A stretch of DNA of 64,000 bases from an uncultured Planctomycetota bacterium. GTDB taxonomy: Bacteria > Planctomycetota > PLA2 > JAEUHO01. Numbering within the stretch: position 1 is the first letter of the stretch; the number at the start of each line of letters is the position of its first letter. The translations under genes and the position numbers were made by a program. The stretch is taken from contig CAVVXN010000005.1 of assembly GCA_963752285.1 (NCBI GenBank), forward strand, positions 352,001 through 416,000, given 5' to 3'. The notes below the pieces were generated by a model that was not told the DNA's origin, searched no databases, and saw only the letters and a list, made by a program, of their open reading frames with translations. This document shows positions 28,167 through 38,129 of the stretch, in pieces.

Positions 28167-29219
28167 ATGTCGCGATTCCTCGTGTCCCTCGCCGCGCTCG
28201 CCGTCCTGGTGCTCGCGCTTCCCCTCGCCCGGGCCGACGACCCGCCCGCCGCCGCCCCGGGGGCGCCGGCCGCGTCGCCTCCCGCCGCCGCACCGGCGGC
28301 GCGCCCGCGACCGCCGATCGCGAGCGACGAGGAGGCCGCGCGCGCGCTCGAGAGGTTCGCCGATGACTTCCGCGCGCGCGGGCTCACGGGCGAGGACAAG
28401 ATGAGCCAGCGCGACTATGCGATGTCGAACCTCGCGAAGGTCCAGCATCCCGACGTCGTGAAGGCCCTCGCGAAGATCGCGCGGTCGCCGGACGACACGC
28501 TGAAGACCCTGGCGACGATCTACCTGGGCGAGCAGCGCGCCCTGCCCGGCATCGCGGGGCCCGAGGTGGTGCACGTCCTGCTCCGCAACGAGAAGGACGA
28601 CGTCCTCGTGCTGTCCGCGCTGGAGAGCCTGGGCAACCTCGGGTATCTCGGCGCCACGGAGGAGATCGCGGACCTGCTCGTCAGCAAGGAGTTCGCGGTC
28701 CGCAAGGCGGCGGTGGGGACGGTCGGAGAGCTTCACGACATGCGCCTCTGGAAGGAGGTCGCCAAGCTCGCGGGCGTGTCCATTCGCTCCGGCGACAAGG
28801 TCGCGTCCGGATCGGACAAGCAGAACAGCAAGGAGGAGGTCACCGAGGAGGGGTGGTCGTACGACGGCGTCGAGGTGACGTACGACACGGGGGCCTCCGG
28901 CGACTCCGACCAGAAGATGGCCGAGCAGATCGGGCGCGAGAAGCTCGCGCAGAACAAGGCGCAGGCGCAGTCGGGGGCGCACGGCGGGCACGGGGGTAGC
29001 AGCGGCGGCGGTGCGACGCGCGGAGGCGTGGCGCGCGACCCGAAGGAGCTCCTGCCGTACGTCCTCGCGACGCTGTACAAGCTCACGGGCGAGCAGTTCA
29101 ACTCCCCGCACGAGGTCGCGCAGTGGATCATCAAGCACCGCGACGTGATCGACCAGAAGGTCGAGGACCTCGAGGCCCAGGCGAAGGCGCAGAAGGACGA
29201 CGCGAAGGCCCAGAAGTAG
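28167..29219 (+). CDS. Secreted HEAT-repeat protein
   Basis: MSRFLVSLAALAVLVLALPLARA signal; Pro/Ala linker; LLVSKEFAVRKAAV; LYKLTGEQF. Confidence 0.85.
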   Translation: MSRFLVSLAALAVLVLALPLARADDPPAAAPGAPAASPPAAAPAARPRPPIASDEEAARALERFADDFRARGLTGEDKMSQRDYAMSNLAKVQHPDVVKALAKIARSPDDTLKTLATIYLGEQRALPGIAGPEVVHVLLRNEKDDVLVLSALESLGNLGYLGATEEIADLLVSKEFAVRKAAVGTVGELHDMRLWKEVAKLAGVSIRSGDKVASGSDKQNSKEEVTEEGWSYDGVEVTYDTGASGDSDQKMAEQIGREKLAQNKAQAQSGAHGGHGGSSGGGATRGGVARDPKELLPYVLATLYKLTGEQFNSPHEVAQWIIKHRDVIDQKVEDLEAQAKAQKDDAKAQK

Positions 29220-29352
29220 CGCCCGGACCTGTTCCCGGCGGAGGGCCGCGGCGGCGCGCGCCTCGAGGGGCAGGCTGCGCCCGCCCCGCGCGCCTGCGTA
29301 CGATCCGACCGCCGCGGCCCCCGCCGGCCGGGCCGGCTCGGGAGGCGCGATC

Positions 29353-29739
29353 ATGACGGACCGGGTCTCGGTGCTCCAGCTGATCCCCACGTTCCACGTG
29401 CGGGACGTCGAGAAGGCGGCGGCCTGGTACCGAGACGTGATGGGCTGGGACGTTCGCTTCGTGGACGCTCCCCACTACGCCGGCGTCGAGACGTGTGGCC
29501 TGCGGCTCCACCTCGCTCGTTGGCAGTGGCCGGGCGAACCGCCTCCCGGGCAGGCGTACGTGCTCCTGGAGGACGGGGTGGACGCGTACCACCAGCGGCT
29601 CCTCTCGCGTGGCGCGACCTTTCACCAGGCACCGACGGACCAACCCTACGGGCTTCGGGAGTGCAACCTCCGGGACCCCGACGGCAACTACCTCCACGTG
29701 GGGCAGCCCCTACGGGGGGAGGGGGCGCCAGGGGCCTGA
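29353..29739 (+). CDS. VOC/glyoxalase/bleomycin-resistance family protein
   Basis: VRDVEKAAAWYRDVMGW; DQPYGLRECNLRDPDGN; GGAGG RBS. Confidence 0.9.
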   Translation: MTDRVSVLQLIPTFHVRDVEKAAAWYRDVMGWDVRFVDAPHYAGVETCGLRLHLARWQWPGEPPPGQAYVLLEDGVDAYHQRLLSRGATFHQAPTDQPYGLRECNLRDPDGNYLHVGQPLRGEGAPGA

Positions 29740-29764
29740 CTGGACCCCGCTCCTGCGGAGCGGA

Positions 29765-30484
29765 CTAGGCGAGCTCCCGGCGGGCCCTCTCGAGGTCGGA
29801 GAGACGGCCGACGTCGATCCAGCGGCAACCGTCCACGCGGTGCGCGCGCACGGTCCCGGGTCTCGCCGCGAGCCTCGTGTACGGATCGAGGATCGAGAAC
29901 GCGCCGCGCTCGGACACCTCGTCGAGGAAGTCCGGGGAGATGACGTGCACGCCGGCGAACGCGAGGCGCACGACCTCACCCTCTCGCTCGCGGGCCTCGG
30001 TCCGAAGCGCCCGCTCGTCGTCCACCCGCCCGAGGAGGCCGGCGTCGTCGAAGAGCAGTCCCCGCGCCGAGGGTCGGTCCATGACCGCCACCGTGGCGCG
30101 CGCTCCCGACCGGAGGTGGTCGGCGTAGAGCGCGCCGAGGTCGAGGTCGGTCAGGACGTCCACGTTGTGCGCGAAGAACGGCGCGTCGAGCCGCAGGTGC
30201 GGCGCCGCGTGAAGGAGACCCCCGCCGGTCTCGAGGGGGCCGTCCTCTTCGTACGACAGCCGCACGTCGGTCCCGAATCCGCGCCGTCGGGCGACCTCCG
30301 CGCGAACGAGGTCCGGGAAGCCGTGGACGTTGACCACGAGCCGGTCCGCGCCAGCGGCGACGAGGCGCTCGGCCACGCGGCGGAGCAGCGTCTTCCCCCC
30401 GACCTCGACGAGCGCCTTCGGGCACCGGTCCGTCACGGGGCGGAGGCGCGTTCCGTGTCCCGCCGCGAGGATCAGGGCGTCCAC
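29765..30484 (-). CDS. Sugar-phosphate nucleotidyltransferase, MurU-like
   Basis: ALILAAGHGTRLRPVT..PKAL; LETGGGL; HNVDVL; WIDVGR; overlaps the upstream kinase gene. Confidence 0.88.
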   Translation of the reverse strand: MDALILAAGHGTRLRPVTDRCPKALVEVGGKTLLRRVAERLVAAGADRLVVNVHGFPDLVRAEVARRRGFGTDVRLSYEEDGPLETGGGLLHAAPHLRLDAPFFAHNVDVLTDLDLGALYADHLRSGARATVAVMDRPSARGLLFDDAGLLGRVDDERALRTEAREREGEVVRLAFAGVHVISPDFLDEVSERGAFSILDPYTRLAARPGTVRAHRVDGCRWIDVGRLSDLERARRELA

Positions 30485-31926
30485 GTCGTGGCGCTCGGCG
30501 TGGAGAGGTCGGCGTGCTCGGTCGAGACCTCCACCTCCGGAAACCTCGACGCGAGCCACGCGGCCAGCCGCTCCGTGCACCAGACCGACCGGTGGCGACC
30601 TCCGGTGCAGCCGAAACGCACGTCCAGCGACGTGAACCCGCGCTCGAGATAGCGCTCGACCTGCGCCGCCACGAGCGCCTGCGCGTGGTCGAGGAAGGCG
30701 CGCGCCGCGGGCGAGGCGAGGAGCGCGGCGTCCACGGGGGCGTCGAGCCCCGTGTGCGCGGCGAGCCGCGGGTCGCGACCGGGGTTGTCGAGCGCGCGGC
30801 AGTCGAAGACGAAGCCGCCCCCGTGCCCCCCGGGCGCGCGGGGGATGCCGCGCGCGTACGCGAAGGAGCCCACGTGCACCGTGAGCCCGCGCCGGTGGGC
30901 CGGGCCCGGCGCGAGGAGGTCCGGGCGCTCCAGCACCGCGTCCACGGCGCGACGGATCTCCCCCAGGTCGGCCAGCGCGCGGTGCTCGCCGAGCAACCGT
31001 TCCAGGTTGCGGGCCGCGGTGCCGACGCGGCTCGCGAACCCCGGTCGCCGCAGGTGGAAGCCCCGGTACCCGTACGCGCCGAGCGCCTGGAGGATACGGA
31101 GGACCGCGAACGCCGGCAGGCGCGCCCGGAACGCGTCCTCGCCAAGATCGAGTTCGCGCGGGACCGCGTCGAGGTACGCCGCGAGGAGGTCCTCGCGCAC
31201 GGCCTCGGGCATCGCGGTGCTCCCGCTGTAGAGGAACGAGGCCACGTCGTAGAGCAGGGACCCGCGCCGACCCCCCTGGTAGTCGAGGAACACCAGGCGC
31301 GTCGGCGTGCGCATGACGTTGCGCGCCTGGTAGTCGCGGTAGACGAAGTGCGACGTTCGATCCTGGAGCAGGAGGGTGAGGAGGCCTTCGAAGTCGTCCT
31401 CCAGCCGGTCCTCGTCGAACGGCACGTCGGCGAGCCTCAGGAAGCAGTCCTTGAACCACGCGAGGTCCCACGCCATCGCGCGCCGGTCGAAGTCGGCCCG
31501 CGGCCACGCCAGGTCGAACGGTACGACGCGGCCCCCCTCGACCTGGAACCTCGGCAGCCACCGGATCGCTTCGCGGAACGGCTCGAGGAGCGCCGCGGGA
31601 AACGTCTCCTTCGTGGCGTCACGCGCTTCCTCGAGCGTCGAGAAGAGGCTCTCGCGGCCCGCGTCCTCGATCAGGTGCGCGCCCGTGGACTCGTCGAAGC
31701 CGTAGAGCTCGGGCACGGGGAGGCCCGCGCGGTGGAGCGCCGTCGTGAAGCCGAGGAACGCGCGGTCCTCGTCCGCACGGCCGGGGGGGACGCCGATCGC
31801 CGTACGCCCGTCGCTCGCCTGGAAGCGGAGCCGCCGGCGGGGCGACCCGTCTCCCTCCACCGCCTCCACCCGCGCGGGGGGGCCCCGGAAGCGCTGCTCG
31901 AAGAGGCGGAGGAGGATCTCGTCCAC
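30472..31926 (-). CDS. AmgK-like (APH-fold) sugar kinase fused to RapZ C-terminal domain
   Basis: GDGSPRR, YRDYQARNVM, LDYQGGRRG..YDVASFL, LQALGAYG; C-terminal FVFDCRAL.NPG, FGCTGGRHRSV. Confidence 0.88.
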   Translation of the reverse strand: MDEILLRLFEQRFRGPPARVEAVEGDGSPRRRLRFQASDGRTAIGVPPGRADEDRAFLGFTTALHRAGLPVPELYGFDESTGAHLIEDAGRESLFSTLEEARDATKETFPAALLEPFREAIRWLPRFQVEGGRVVPFDLAWPRADFDRRAMAWDLAWFKDCFLRLADVPFDEDRLEDDFEGLLTLLLQDRTSHFVYRDYQARNVMRTPTRLVFLDYQGGRRGSLLYDVASFLYSGSTAMPEAVREDLLAAYLDAVPRELDLGEDAFRARLPAFAVLRILQALGAYGYRGFHLRRPGFASRVGTAARNLERLLGEHRALADLGEIRRAVDAVLERPDLLAPGPAHRRGLTVHVGSFAYARGIPRAPGGHGGGFVFDCRALDNPGRDPRLAAHTGLDAPVDAALLASPAARAFLDHAQALVAAQVERYLERGFTSLDVRFGCTGGRHRSVWCTERLAAWLASRFPEVEVSTEHADLSTPSATTWTP

Positions 31927-32051
31927 GGTCGCGAAAGGGTACCCGCATCCCGCGGTTCGCCGGCCGGACCGACGGGGCCCGTGGCCCTCGCGCGGCCCGA
32001 TCGACCCGCGCCCCGGTGGCGCGGCCGAGAGGTGCCCCGTACCGTCCGGGC

Positions 32052-32930
32052 ATGGAAGGCGGCGCCGAGCGGACGTTCGTCCGGGACCTGGTGGAGGCGC
32101 TCTCCCGACGGTCCGTCCCGCGCATGTCCGCCGCGCTCGCGTTCTACGGCGTCTTCGCGGTGCCGCCGCTGCTCGTCGGGGTCCTGCTGGCCGCGGGCGA
32201 GGTGTTCGGGTCCACCGAGGCGCAGCTCCAGCTCCTCGCGGAGGTGCATACGCTCTTCGGGGAGGACGCGCGCCGGCTGGTTGCGAGCTTCCTCGAGCAC
32301 ATGCCGCGCCCGGGACGGGGGGACCTCCCGACCCAGGCCATGGCCGTGTTCGTCCTCGTGTTCGCCTCCACGAGCGGTTTCACGCACTTGCAGTCGATCT
32401 TGAACGACATCTGGGAGAGCCGGCCCGAGCGTCTCCGCCGGCGCTTCGCCCTCAAGGTCGTGAAGCGGTTCCTGTCGTTCGTGCTGGTGCTCGGGTTCTC
32501 GATCGCGCTCGTCGGAGCCGCCGCCGGTGGCGTGGCCCTGAACGCCTCGCCGCAGGACCTGGCCCTCATGTTGCCGGCTGCGGTCCGGCCCTACGCCAGC
32601 GTGGCGATCGAGCAGGTCCTCTTCGTCCTGCTGGCGTTCGTGTCGTGCGCGATGATCTACGAGGTGCTCCCGGATCGGCGCGTCCCGATCCGGTCCGCGC
32701 TCCTCGGCGCCGGCCTCGCCGCCGTGCTCCTCGCGATCGCCCGCGCGATCCTCGCCGTGTACCTCGCGCACACGTGGAGGAGCATGGCGTTCGGAGCCGC
32801 GGGGTCGCTCGTCGCGATGTTGCTCGCGTTCTACGTGGCCGCGTTCGTGCTGCTGCTCGGCGCGATCGTGTCGCGGGTGCACGCGGTCCGCCACGAGCCG
32901 CCGCCGGAGCTGCCGCTCCCGCCCGGGTGA
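32052..32930 (+). CDS. YihY/virulence factor BrkB family membrane protein
   Basis: AALAFYGVFAVPP, LNDIW, IYEVLP, FGAAGSLVAMLL. Confidence 0.9.
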   Translation: MEGGAERTFVRDLVEALSRRSVPRMSAALAFYGVFAVPPLLVGVLLAAGEVFGSTEAQLQLLAEVHTLFGEDARRLVASFLEHMPRPGRGDLPTQAMAVFVLVFASTSGFTHLQSILNDIWESRPERLRRRFALKVVKRFLSFVLVLGFSIALVGAAAGGVALNASPQDLALMLPAAVRPYASVAIEQVLFVLLAFVSCAMIYEVLPDRRVPIRSALLGAGLAAVLLAIARAILAVYLAHTWRSMAFGAAGSLVAMLLAFYVAAFVLLLGAIVSRVHAVRHEPPPELPLPPG

Positions 32931-32938
32931 CGCCCCGC

Positions 32939-34240
32939 CTACGGTCGCTTCGACGTCGCGGCCGCGCGCGCGCGCTCGAGGGCGAGGGACGTGCGGCCCT
33001 CCTGCCCGTGAACGCGGCCGGCCTCCTCCCACGCCGCCGCGTCGAAGAGGTCCTCCTCGAGCGCGAGCTCGACGAGACCGCCCAGCGCGGCGTCCTTCGC
33101 GCCGTGGCGGCGGCGGAGGTCGCGTCGCTCGACGGGGACTTCGATCTCGTCGGCGAGGCTTTCGTCCACGACCACGCGCGCGGCGCCGCCGGGACGAAGA
33201 CGCCCCATGGACCGGAGCTCGGCGAGGCCCTCGGGCGCGGTCACGAGGAGGACGTCGGGCCGTTCCATGCCCGCGAAGTGGATCGGCTCGGGCGCCAACG
33301 TCACCTCGGCGAGCGAGAACCCGCGGCCCTGGGTCACCGGGTTGTCGGTGCGCACGGTCGCCTCGAGGCCCGCCGCGAGCCCGGCGACCGCGAGGAGGCG
33401 CGCCGCCGACTGGACCCGCTCACCCGCACGGCCCGCGACGGCCACGCCGAACCGCCGGTCGAGCCGTGCGCGTCGCGCATCGACCCGGACGGACGGGGGG
33501 AGCGCCGCGTCGTGGTCCCCGGGTCGGTGTCCCGGGGGCACCGGGCGCTCGCGGTCGTCGCCGCGGACGATCCAACCCTCGCCACGCTCGTCGGCCATTC
33601 GTCGAAGCGCCGTGCCCGTCACGCCGCCGAGGCGGGCGGCGAACGTCGGGCAGAGCTCGAGCGCCTCCACCACGGCGAACCCGGGGTGTTGGAGCGCCTC
33701 GGCGAGGAGGTCCGCCAGCCGGTCGCCCGGGACGCGCGCGCGGGCGTAGCGCCGGAGGCCCGCGCCCCCGAGGACGGCCGCGAGGTCCACGGCCGGGACG
33801 GGGCACCCCTCGGGCGTCGTGCTCGTGGCCATGCCCGCCGGCGTGAGCGTCGAGTGCTGCCCGCCCGTCATCCCGTAGAGCAGGTTGTTGTGGAGGAGCA
33901 CGGTCACGTCCACGTCGAGCTGTGCCGCGTGCACGAGGTGCAGCAGTCCGATGCTCGCGCCGCCGTCGCCGAGCAGCACGACGGGCTTCAGGCCCTCGCC
34001 CCGCGCGGCCATCCGGATGCCCGCGGCGATCGCGGTCGAGCGCCCGTGGAGGGTGTGCACCGTGTGGAGAGAGGGGAAGTGGGCGTCCGCGAGGCCCACA
34101 CACCCGATGTCGGTCACGAGGACGATCCGCTCGGCCGGGAGGCCCGCGCGCACCAGTGCGTCGTCGAGCCCGCGGAGCACGTGCGGATGCCCGCACCCGG
34201 GGCAGTAGGGGAGCGGACGCGCGGTGTCGAGGTAGCTCAC
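32939..34240 (-). CDS. 2-oxoacid:ferredoxin oxidoreductase beta subunit fused to gamma domain
   Basis: YCPGCGH, DIGC, LHGRS, GDG...NNLLYGMTGGQ TPP motif; C-terminal AGRAGERVQSAA, RGFSLAEV; GTGA overlap. Confidence 0.9.
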   Translation of the reverse strand: MSYLDTARPLPYCPGCGHPHVLRGLDDALVRAGLPAERIVLVTDIGCVGLADAHFPSLHTVHTLHGRSTAIAAGIRMAARGEGLKPVVLLGDGGASIGLLHLVHAAQLDVDVTVLLHNNLLYGMTGGQHSTLTPAGMATSTTPEGCPVPAVDLAAVLGGAGLRRYARARVPGDRLADLLAEALQHPGFAVVEALELCPTFAARLGGVTGTALRRMADERGEGWIVRGDDRERPVPPGHRPGDHDAALPPSVRVDARRARLDRRFGVAVAGRAGERVQSAARLLAVAGLAAGLEATVRTDNPVTQGRGFSLAEVTLAPEPIHFAGMERPDVLLVTAPEGLAELRSMGRLRPGGAARVVVDESLADEIEVPVERRDLRRRHGAKDAALGGLVELALEEDLFDAAAWEEAGRVHGQEGRTSLALERARAAATSKRP

Positions 34241-35376
34241 GTCGCGACCGCCTCCTGGATCGCGGTGGGCGTGATCATCGACCCCACGCGGTTGACGCGC
34301 GTGACGTCGCGCCCCGGGAGCGCATCGCGAACCTCCCTCGCGTACAGTCCCGGGCCGTTCTCCTCGACGACGACGACCCGCTCCCGGCCCTCGGCCGCAC
34401 GGACGAGCGCGCCGACCGGGACGGGGAAGAGCGAGAGGATCTCCAGCAGGTCCACGGGGCGGCCGAGCGCGGCGAGTGCGCGCGCGGCCGCGCGGCACGC
34501 CCGCGCGGAGACGCCGTAGCTCACGAGCACGGTCCGCGAACCTTCGTGGCGCTCGAGGCGCACGCGTTCGAGCGCTTCGCGCCGGTCCTCGATCTTCGCG
34601 ACGAGGTGGCGGAGCTGGCGCAGGGTCTCGGGGTCGTTGCGCCGGAGGCGGCCCTCGGCGTCGTGCGCCGAGCCCGTGACCGTGACCTTCCGCGGACCGC
34701 CCAGCGGCGCGAAGGCGGGGACGTCCCCCGCACGCAGGACCGCGTAGGGCACGAAGCGTCCTTCGCCCGGCGGCGGCCGGGCCGGGACGGCTACGTCCGT
34801 CAGGCGGGCGAGGTCCACCGTCTCCATCGTCTTGCCGACCTCTTTGTCCAGCAGCACGACGACCGGCGTCCGGAGCGACTCGGCGAGGGCGAACGCCTCC
34901 TGGGTCAGCGTGTACGCGTCGTACCCGTCCACGGGCGAGAGCACCGGGAACGGGTAGCCGCCCGACGTCGCGTAGGCGACGAGGGCCACGTCCCCCTGGG
35001 CGCCGGTGGTGGCGCCTCCCGTCGCGGGGCCGAGGCGCTGGGACACGACGACCACGACGGGCGTCTCCGTCATCAGGGCGTACTGGAACGTCTCGATCAT
35101 GAGACACCAGCCCGGGCCCGAGGTCGCGGTCATCGCCCGGGCTCCCGAGAGCGACGCGCCCACCGCGTACGAGAGCGCCGAGATCTCGTCGGGGGCGCCG
35201 ACGGCTACCCCGCCGCGGCCGGGGAGGCGCCGCATCATCTCGGCGTAGATCTCCGAGGCGGGCGTGATGGGGTACCCGCTGAAGAACTCGCAGCCGGCCG
35301 CCAGCGCGCCCGCGGCGACGAGGGCGTTCCCGGCCGCGAGGAGGCGGTGAGGCGGCGGGGAGGGGGTCGGAGCCAT
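34237..35376 (-). CDS. 2-oxoacid:ferredoxin oxidoreductase alpha subunit
   Basis: GNALVAAGA, FFSGYPITPASEI, DEISA, TATSGPG, QRLGPATG, VVEEN. Confidence 0.92.
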   Translation of the reverse strand: MAPTPSPPPHRLLAAGNALVAAGALAAGCEFFSGYPITPASEIYAEMMRRLPGRGGVAVGAPDEISALSYAVGASLSGARAMTATSGPGWCLMIETFQYALMTETPVVVVVSQRLGPATGGATTGAQGDVALVAYATSGGYPFPVLSPVDGYDAYTLTQEAFALAESLRTPVVVLLDKEVGKTMETVDLARLTDVAVPARPPPGEGRFVPYAVLRAGDVPAFAPLGGPRKVTVTGSAHDAEGRLRRNDPETLRQLRHLVAKIEDRREALERVRLERHEGSRTVLVSYGVSARACRAAARALAALGRPVDLLEILSLFPVPVGALVRAAEGRERVVVVEENGPGLYAREVRDALPGRDVTRVNRVGSMITPTAIQEAVAT

Positions 35377-35492
35377 GGGACTCGGATGCTCGCCCGGGGG
35401 GACGATCGGGCCATGATATCCGTGTCGTCCGATTCCCCGGCGCGGCGCGCGGGCGTCGGGCCGGAGCGCCAGAACACGGGAGACACGCCGTC

Positions 35493-36260
35493 GTGCCCGG
35501 ATCCCGACCCCGCCTGAGCGCCGTGGTGATCACGAAGGAGGAGGCGACGAACCTCCCGGCGTGTCTCGACGCCCTCGCGTTCGCCGACGAGGTCGTCGTC
35601 GTGGACTGCGGGTCCACGGACGGCACGCCCGACCTCGCGCGGGCCCGGGGCGCGCGCGTCGTCGAGACGGACTGGCCCGGCATGATCGCGCAGAAGAACC
35701 GTGCGGTCGCGGCCGCGCGGAACGACTGGGTCCTGTCCGTGGACGCCGACGAGCGGGTGTCGCCGGAGCTTCGCGGGTCCGTCCTCCGGGCCCTCGACGC
35801 GGTCGCGGCGGGCGACGAGGCCGCGGGGTTCGAGATGGCGTGGGCGACGCGGTACCTCGGGCGCGTCGTCCGGAGCGACCGGGGGGGCGCGCGCTGGAAG
35901 CTCCGGCTCTTCGACCGGCGCCGAGGTCGATGGGAGGGAGAGGAGCCGCACGGCCACGTGCGCGTGGACGGACCCGTGCGCCGTCTCGCGGGGCCCCTCC
36001 ACCACGACACCGTGCGCGATCTCGCGCACCACGTCGCGAAGATGAACGCGTACACGGACGCCGCCGCGGAGGCACTGGACCGTGCGGGGCGGGGCGTCTG
36101 GTTCGGGCTCGTCGTTCGTCCGCCCGCCGCGTTCGTCCGCTCGTACGTCGTCCGTGGCGGGTTCCTCGGCGGCGCGCGCGGCCTCGTCGTGGCCGTGATG
36201 GCGGCCGCCTACGTCTTCCTGAAGTACGCCAAGCTCCTCGAGCGGCGCCGCGCCCCTTGA
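35493..36260 (+). CDS. Glycosyltransferase family 2 (WaaE/KdtX-like)
   Basis: LSAVVITKEE, VVDCGSTDGT, QKN, WVLSVDADE, FLKYAKL. Confidence 0.9.
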   Translation: MPGSRPRLSAVVITKEEATNLPACLDALAFADEVVVVDCGSTDGTPDLARARGARVVETDWPGMIAQKNRAVAAARNDWVLSVDADERVSPELRGSVLRALDAVAAGDEAAGFEMAWATRYLGRVVRSDRGGARWKLRLFDRRRGRWEGEEPHGHVRVDGPVRRLAGPLHHDTVRDLAHHVAKMNAYTDAAAEALDRAGRGVWFGLVVRPPAAFVRSYVVRGGFLGGARGLVVAVMAAAYVFLKYAKLLERRRAP

Positions 36261-36282
36261 GACCGGGGGCCGCGGCCCTTCG

Positions 36283-36996
36283 TCACGCGGGGACGGGTGT
36301 CGTCCCGTCCGCGACCTGGTCGAGGAAGGCCAGCACGGCCGCGGTGTCGGAGAGGTCCTCGAGCAGGAGGTCGGGCGCGTGGGGCCGCAGCGCCTCGACG
36401 CCGTACGAGGGCCCCGTGCCGACGGCCAGCGCGCGGCACCCGCTGGAGCGCGCGGCGTCCACGTCGTGCACCGTGTCGCCGACCACGATCGTGCGACGCG
36501 GATCGGCCGGCCTGCCCGTGAGCGCCGTCGCGCGACGCATCGCGACGCCGGGCAGGTGCCGGCGGGTGGGCCCGTCCACACCCCAGGCCGGCACCGGGAA
36601 CCAGGCCGGGTCGATCCCGGCGGCCCGGAGCTTGAGGACGCCGGTCTCGGGGTAGTTGCCGGTGACCAGCCCGAGCGTGGTGCCCGGCCGGTCCCGCAGC
36701 CGGGCGAGGAGCTCCATCACGCCGGGCAAGGGCGCGGCGACGCCCGGCACGGCCAGGCGCGCCTGGAGGCGTTCCCGGTACGCCCGGCGGAACGCGTCGT
36801 GGCGGCGCGCGAAGTCCCGCTCGCCCGAGCCGAGGAGCCCGTCCTGGAAGATCAGCGGGTCGAGCCGTCCGGCGAACTCCACGCCCTCAAAGGAGAAGTG
36901 GGGGCCGACGACCTCGCGTCCCGCCTCCTCCATGGCGTACCGGCCCGCGCCCTTCGAGAGGAGGAGCGTCCCGTCGATGTCGAAGAGGATGAGCAC
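36283..36996 (-). CDS. HAD-superfamily hydrolase/phosphatase
   Basis: LFDIDGTLL, LVTGN, VVGDTVHDV. Confidence 0.9.
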   Translation of the reverse strand: MLILFDIDGTLLLSKGAGRYAMEEAGREVVGPHFSFEGVEFAGRLDPLIFQDGLLGSGERDFARRHDAFRRAYRERLQARLAVPGVAAPLPGVMELLARLRDRPGTTLGLVTGNYPETGVLKLRAAGIDPAWFPVPAWGVDGPTRRHLPGVAMRRATALTGRPADPRRTIVVGDTVHDVDAARSSGCRALAVGTGPSYGVEALRPHAPDLLLEDLSDTAAVLAFLDQVADGTTPVPA

Positions 36997-37126
36997 GCTA
37001 TCGGTTCCGAGCCGGCCATCGTACGCCAGGACGGGGCGCCATACGGGTGCTCGCGCCGCTTGCGCGAACGGGCGCGGCGGCGAACATCGCCCGGGCCGCC
37101 GGGCGGGCCGGCGCGCGGGAGGGCGC

Positions 37127-38125
37127 ATGTCGGCCACGTTGGACCACCTCCGCGTCTTCGAGCGCGGCACCCACGAGCTCCTCCAGCCGGTGGACCTCGA
37201 GGGACTCCGCGCGCACAACCGGACGAAGCCGAAGGCGCTCGTGGACAAGCGCACGACGGAGGCGGAGGCAGTGTCGCGGTACCTCCACGACGGCGTGTAC
37301 CTGGGCATCGAGCTCTACGGGACCGTCCGGTGCCCGATGTCGATCGTGCGCGAGATGATCCGGCAGATCCGCGCCCGCAAGATCGGCGACCTCCGCGTCG
37401 CGGGGCAGGGCTGCCTCGAGCTCGAGCTCCTCGTGAACACGGGCGCGATCGTGGCGAGCGATTGGACGTACACGGGGCTGGAGGTGTACGGCATCTCGCC
37501 CTCCTGGCGGCGCGCCGTCGAGTCGGGGAAGGTCGCTCGCGTGTCCGAGTGGTCGAACGCGGCCCTCGCCTGGCGGTTCAAGGCGGCGGGGATGGGCGTG
37601 CCGTTCCTTCCGGTGCGGGTGATGCAGGGGACCGACACGCTCCGCTGCTCGTCGGCCATGGTGATCGAGGACCCCTACGGCCCCGGGAAGGTCACGCTCG
37701 TCCCGGCGCTGGTCTTGGACCTCGGCGTGATCCACGTGCACCGCGCGGACCGATACGGCAACTGCCAGATCGACGGCGTCTCGGGCTTCGCCCGCGAGAT
37801 GGCCCGCGCGTCGAGGCGGCTGATCGTCTCGGCCGAAGAGATCGTGGACACGGAGGAGATCCGGCGGCACCCCGATCGCACCGTCATCCCGTACTTCCTG
37901 GTGGACGCGGTCGTGGAAGCGCCCTTCGGGAGTCACCCCGGCGAGATGGCGGGGCGTTACGTGCGCGACGAGCCGCACGTGCGCGGCTACTACGAGGCGG
38001 CGAAGGAGGAGGCGCAGGCCCTCGCGTACATGGAGGCGTGGATCTACGACGTGCCGGACCACGCCGCGTACCTCGCGAAGGTCGGGCGGGGCCGTCTGGA
38101 CGAGCTCCGGCTCGCAGGGGACTGA
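37127..38125 (+). CDS. CoA-transferase subunit A (glutaconate CoA-transferase-like)
   Basis: GGAGGG RBS; EWSNAALAWRFKAAGMGVPFLP, IHVHRADRYGN, VDAVVEAPFGSHP. Confidence 0.88.
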   Translation: MSATLDHLRVFERGTHELLQPVDLEGLRAHNRTKPKALVDKRTTEAEAVSRYLHDGVYLGIELYGTVRCPMSIVREMIRQIRARKIGDLRVAGQGCLELELLVNTGAIVASDWTYTGLEVYGISPSWRRAVESGKVARVSEWSNAALAWRFKAAGMGVPFLPVRVMQGTDTLRCSSAMVIEDPYGPGKVTLVPALVLDLGVIHVHRADRYGNCQIDGVSGFAREMARASRRLIVSAEEIVDTEEIRRHPDRTVIPYFLVDAVVEAPFGSHPGEMAGRYVRDEPHVRGYYEAAKEEAQALAYMEAWIYDVPDHAAYLAKVGRGRLDELRLAGD

Positions 38126-38129
38126 CGCG

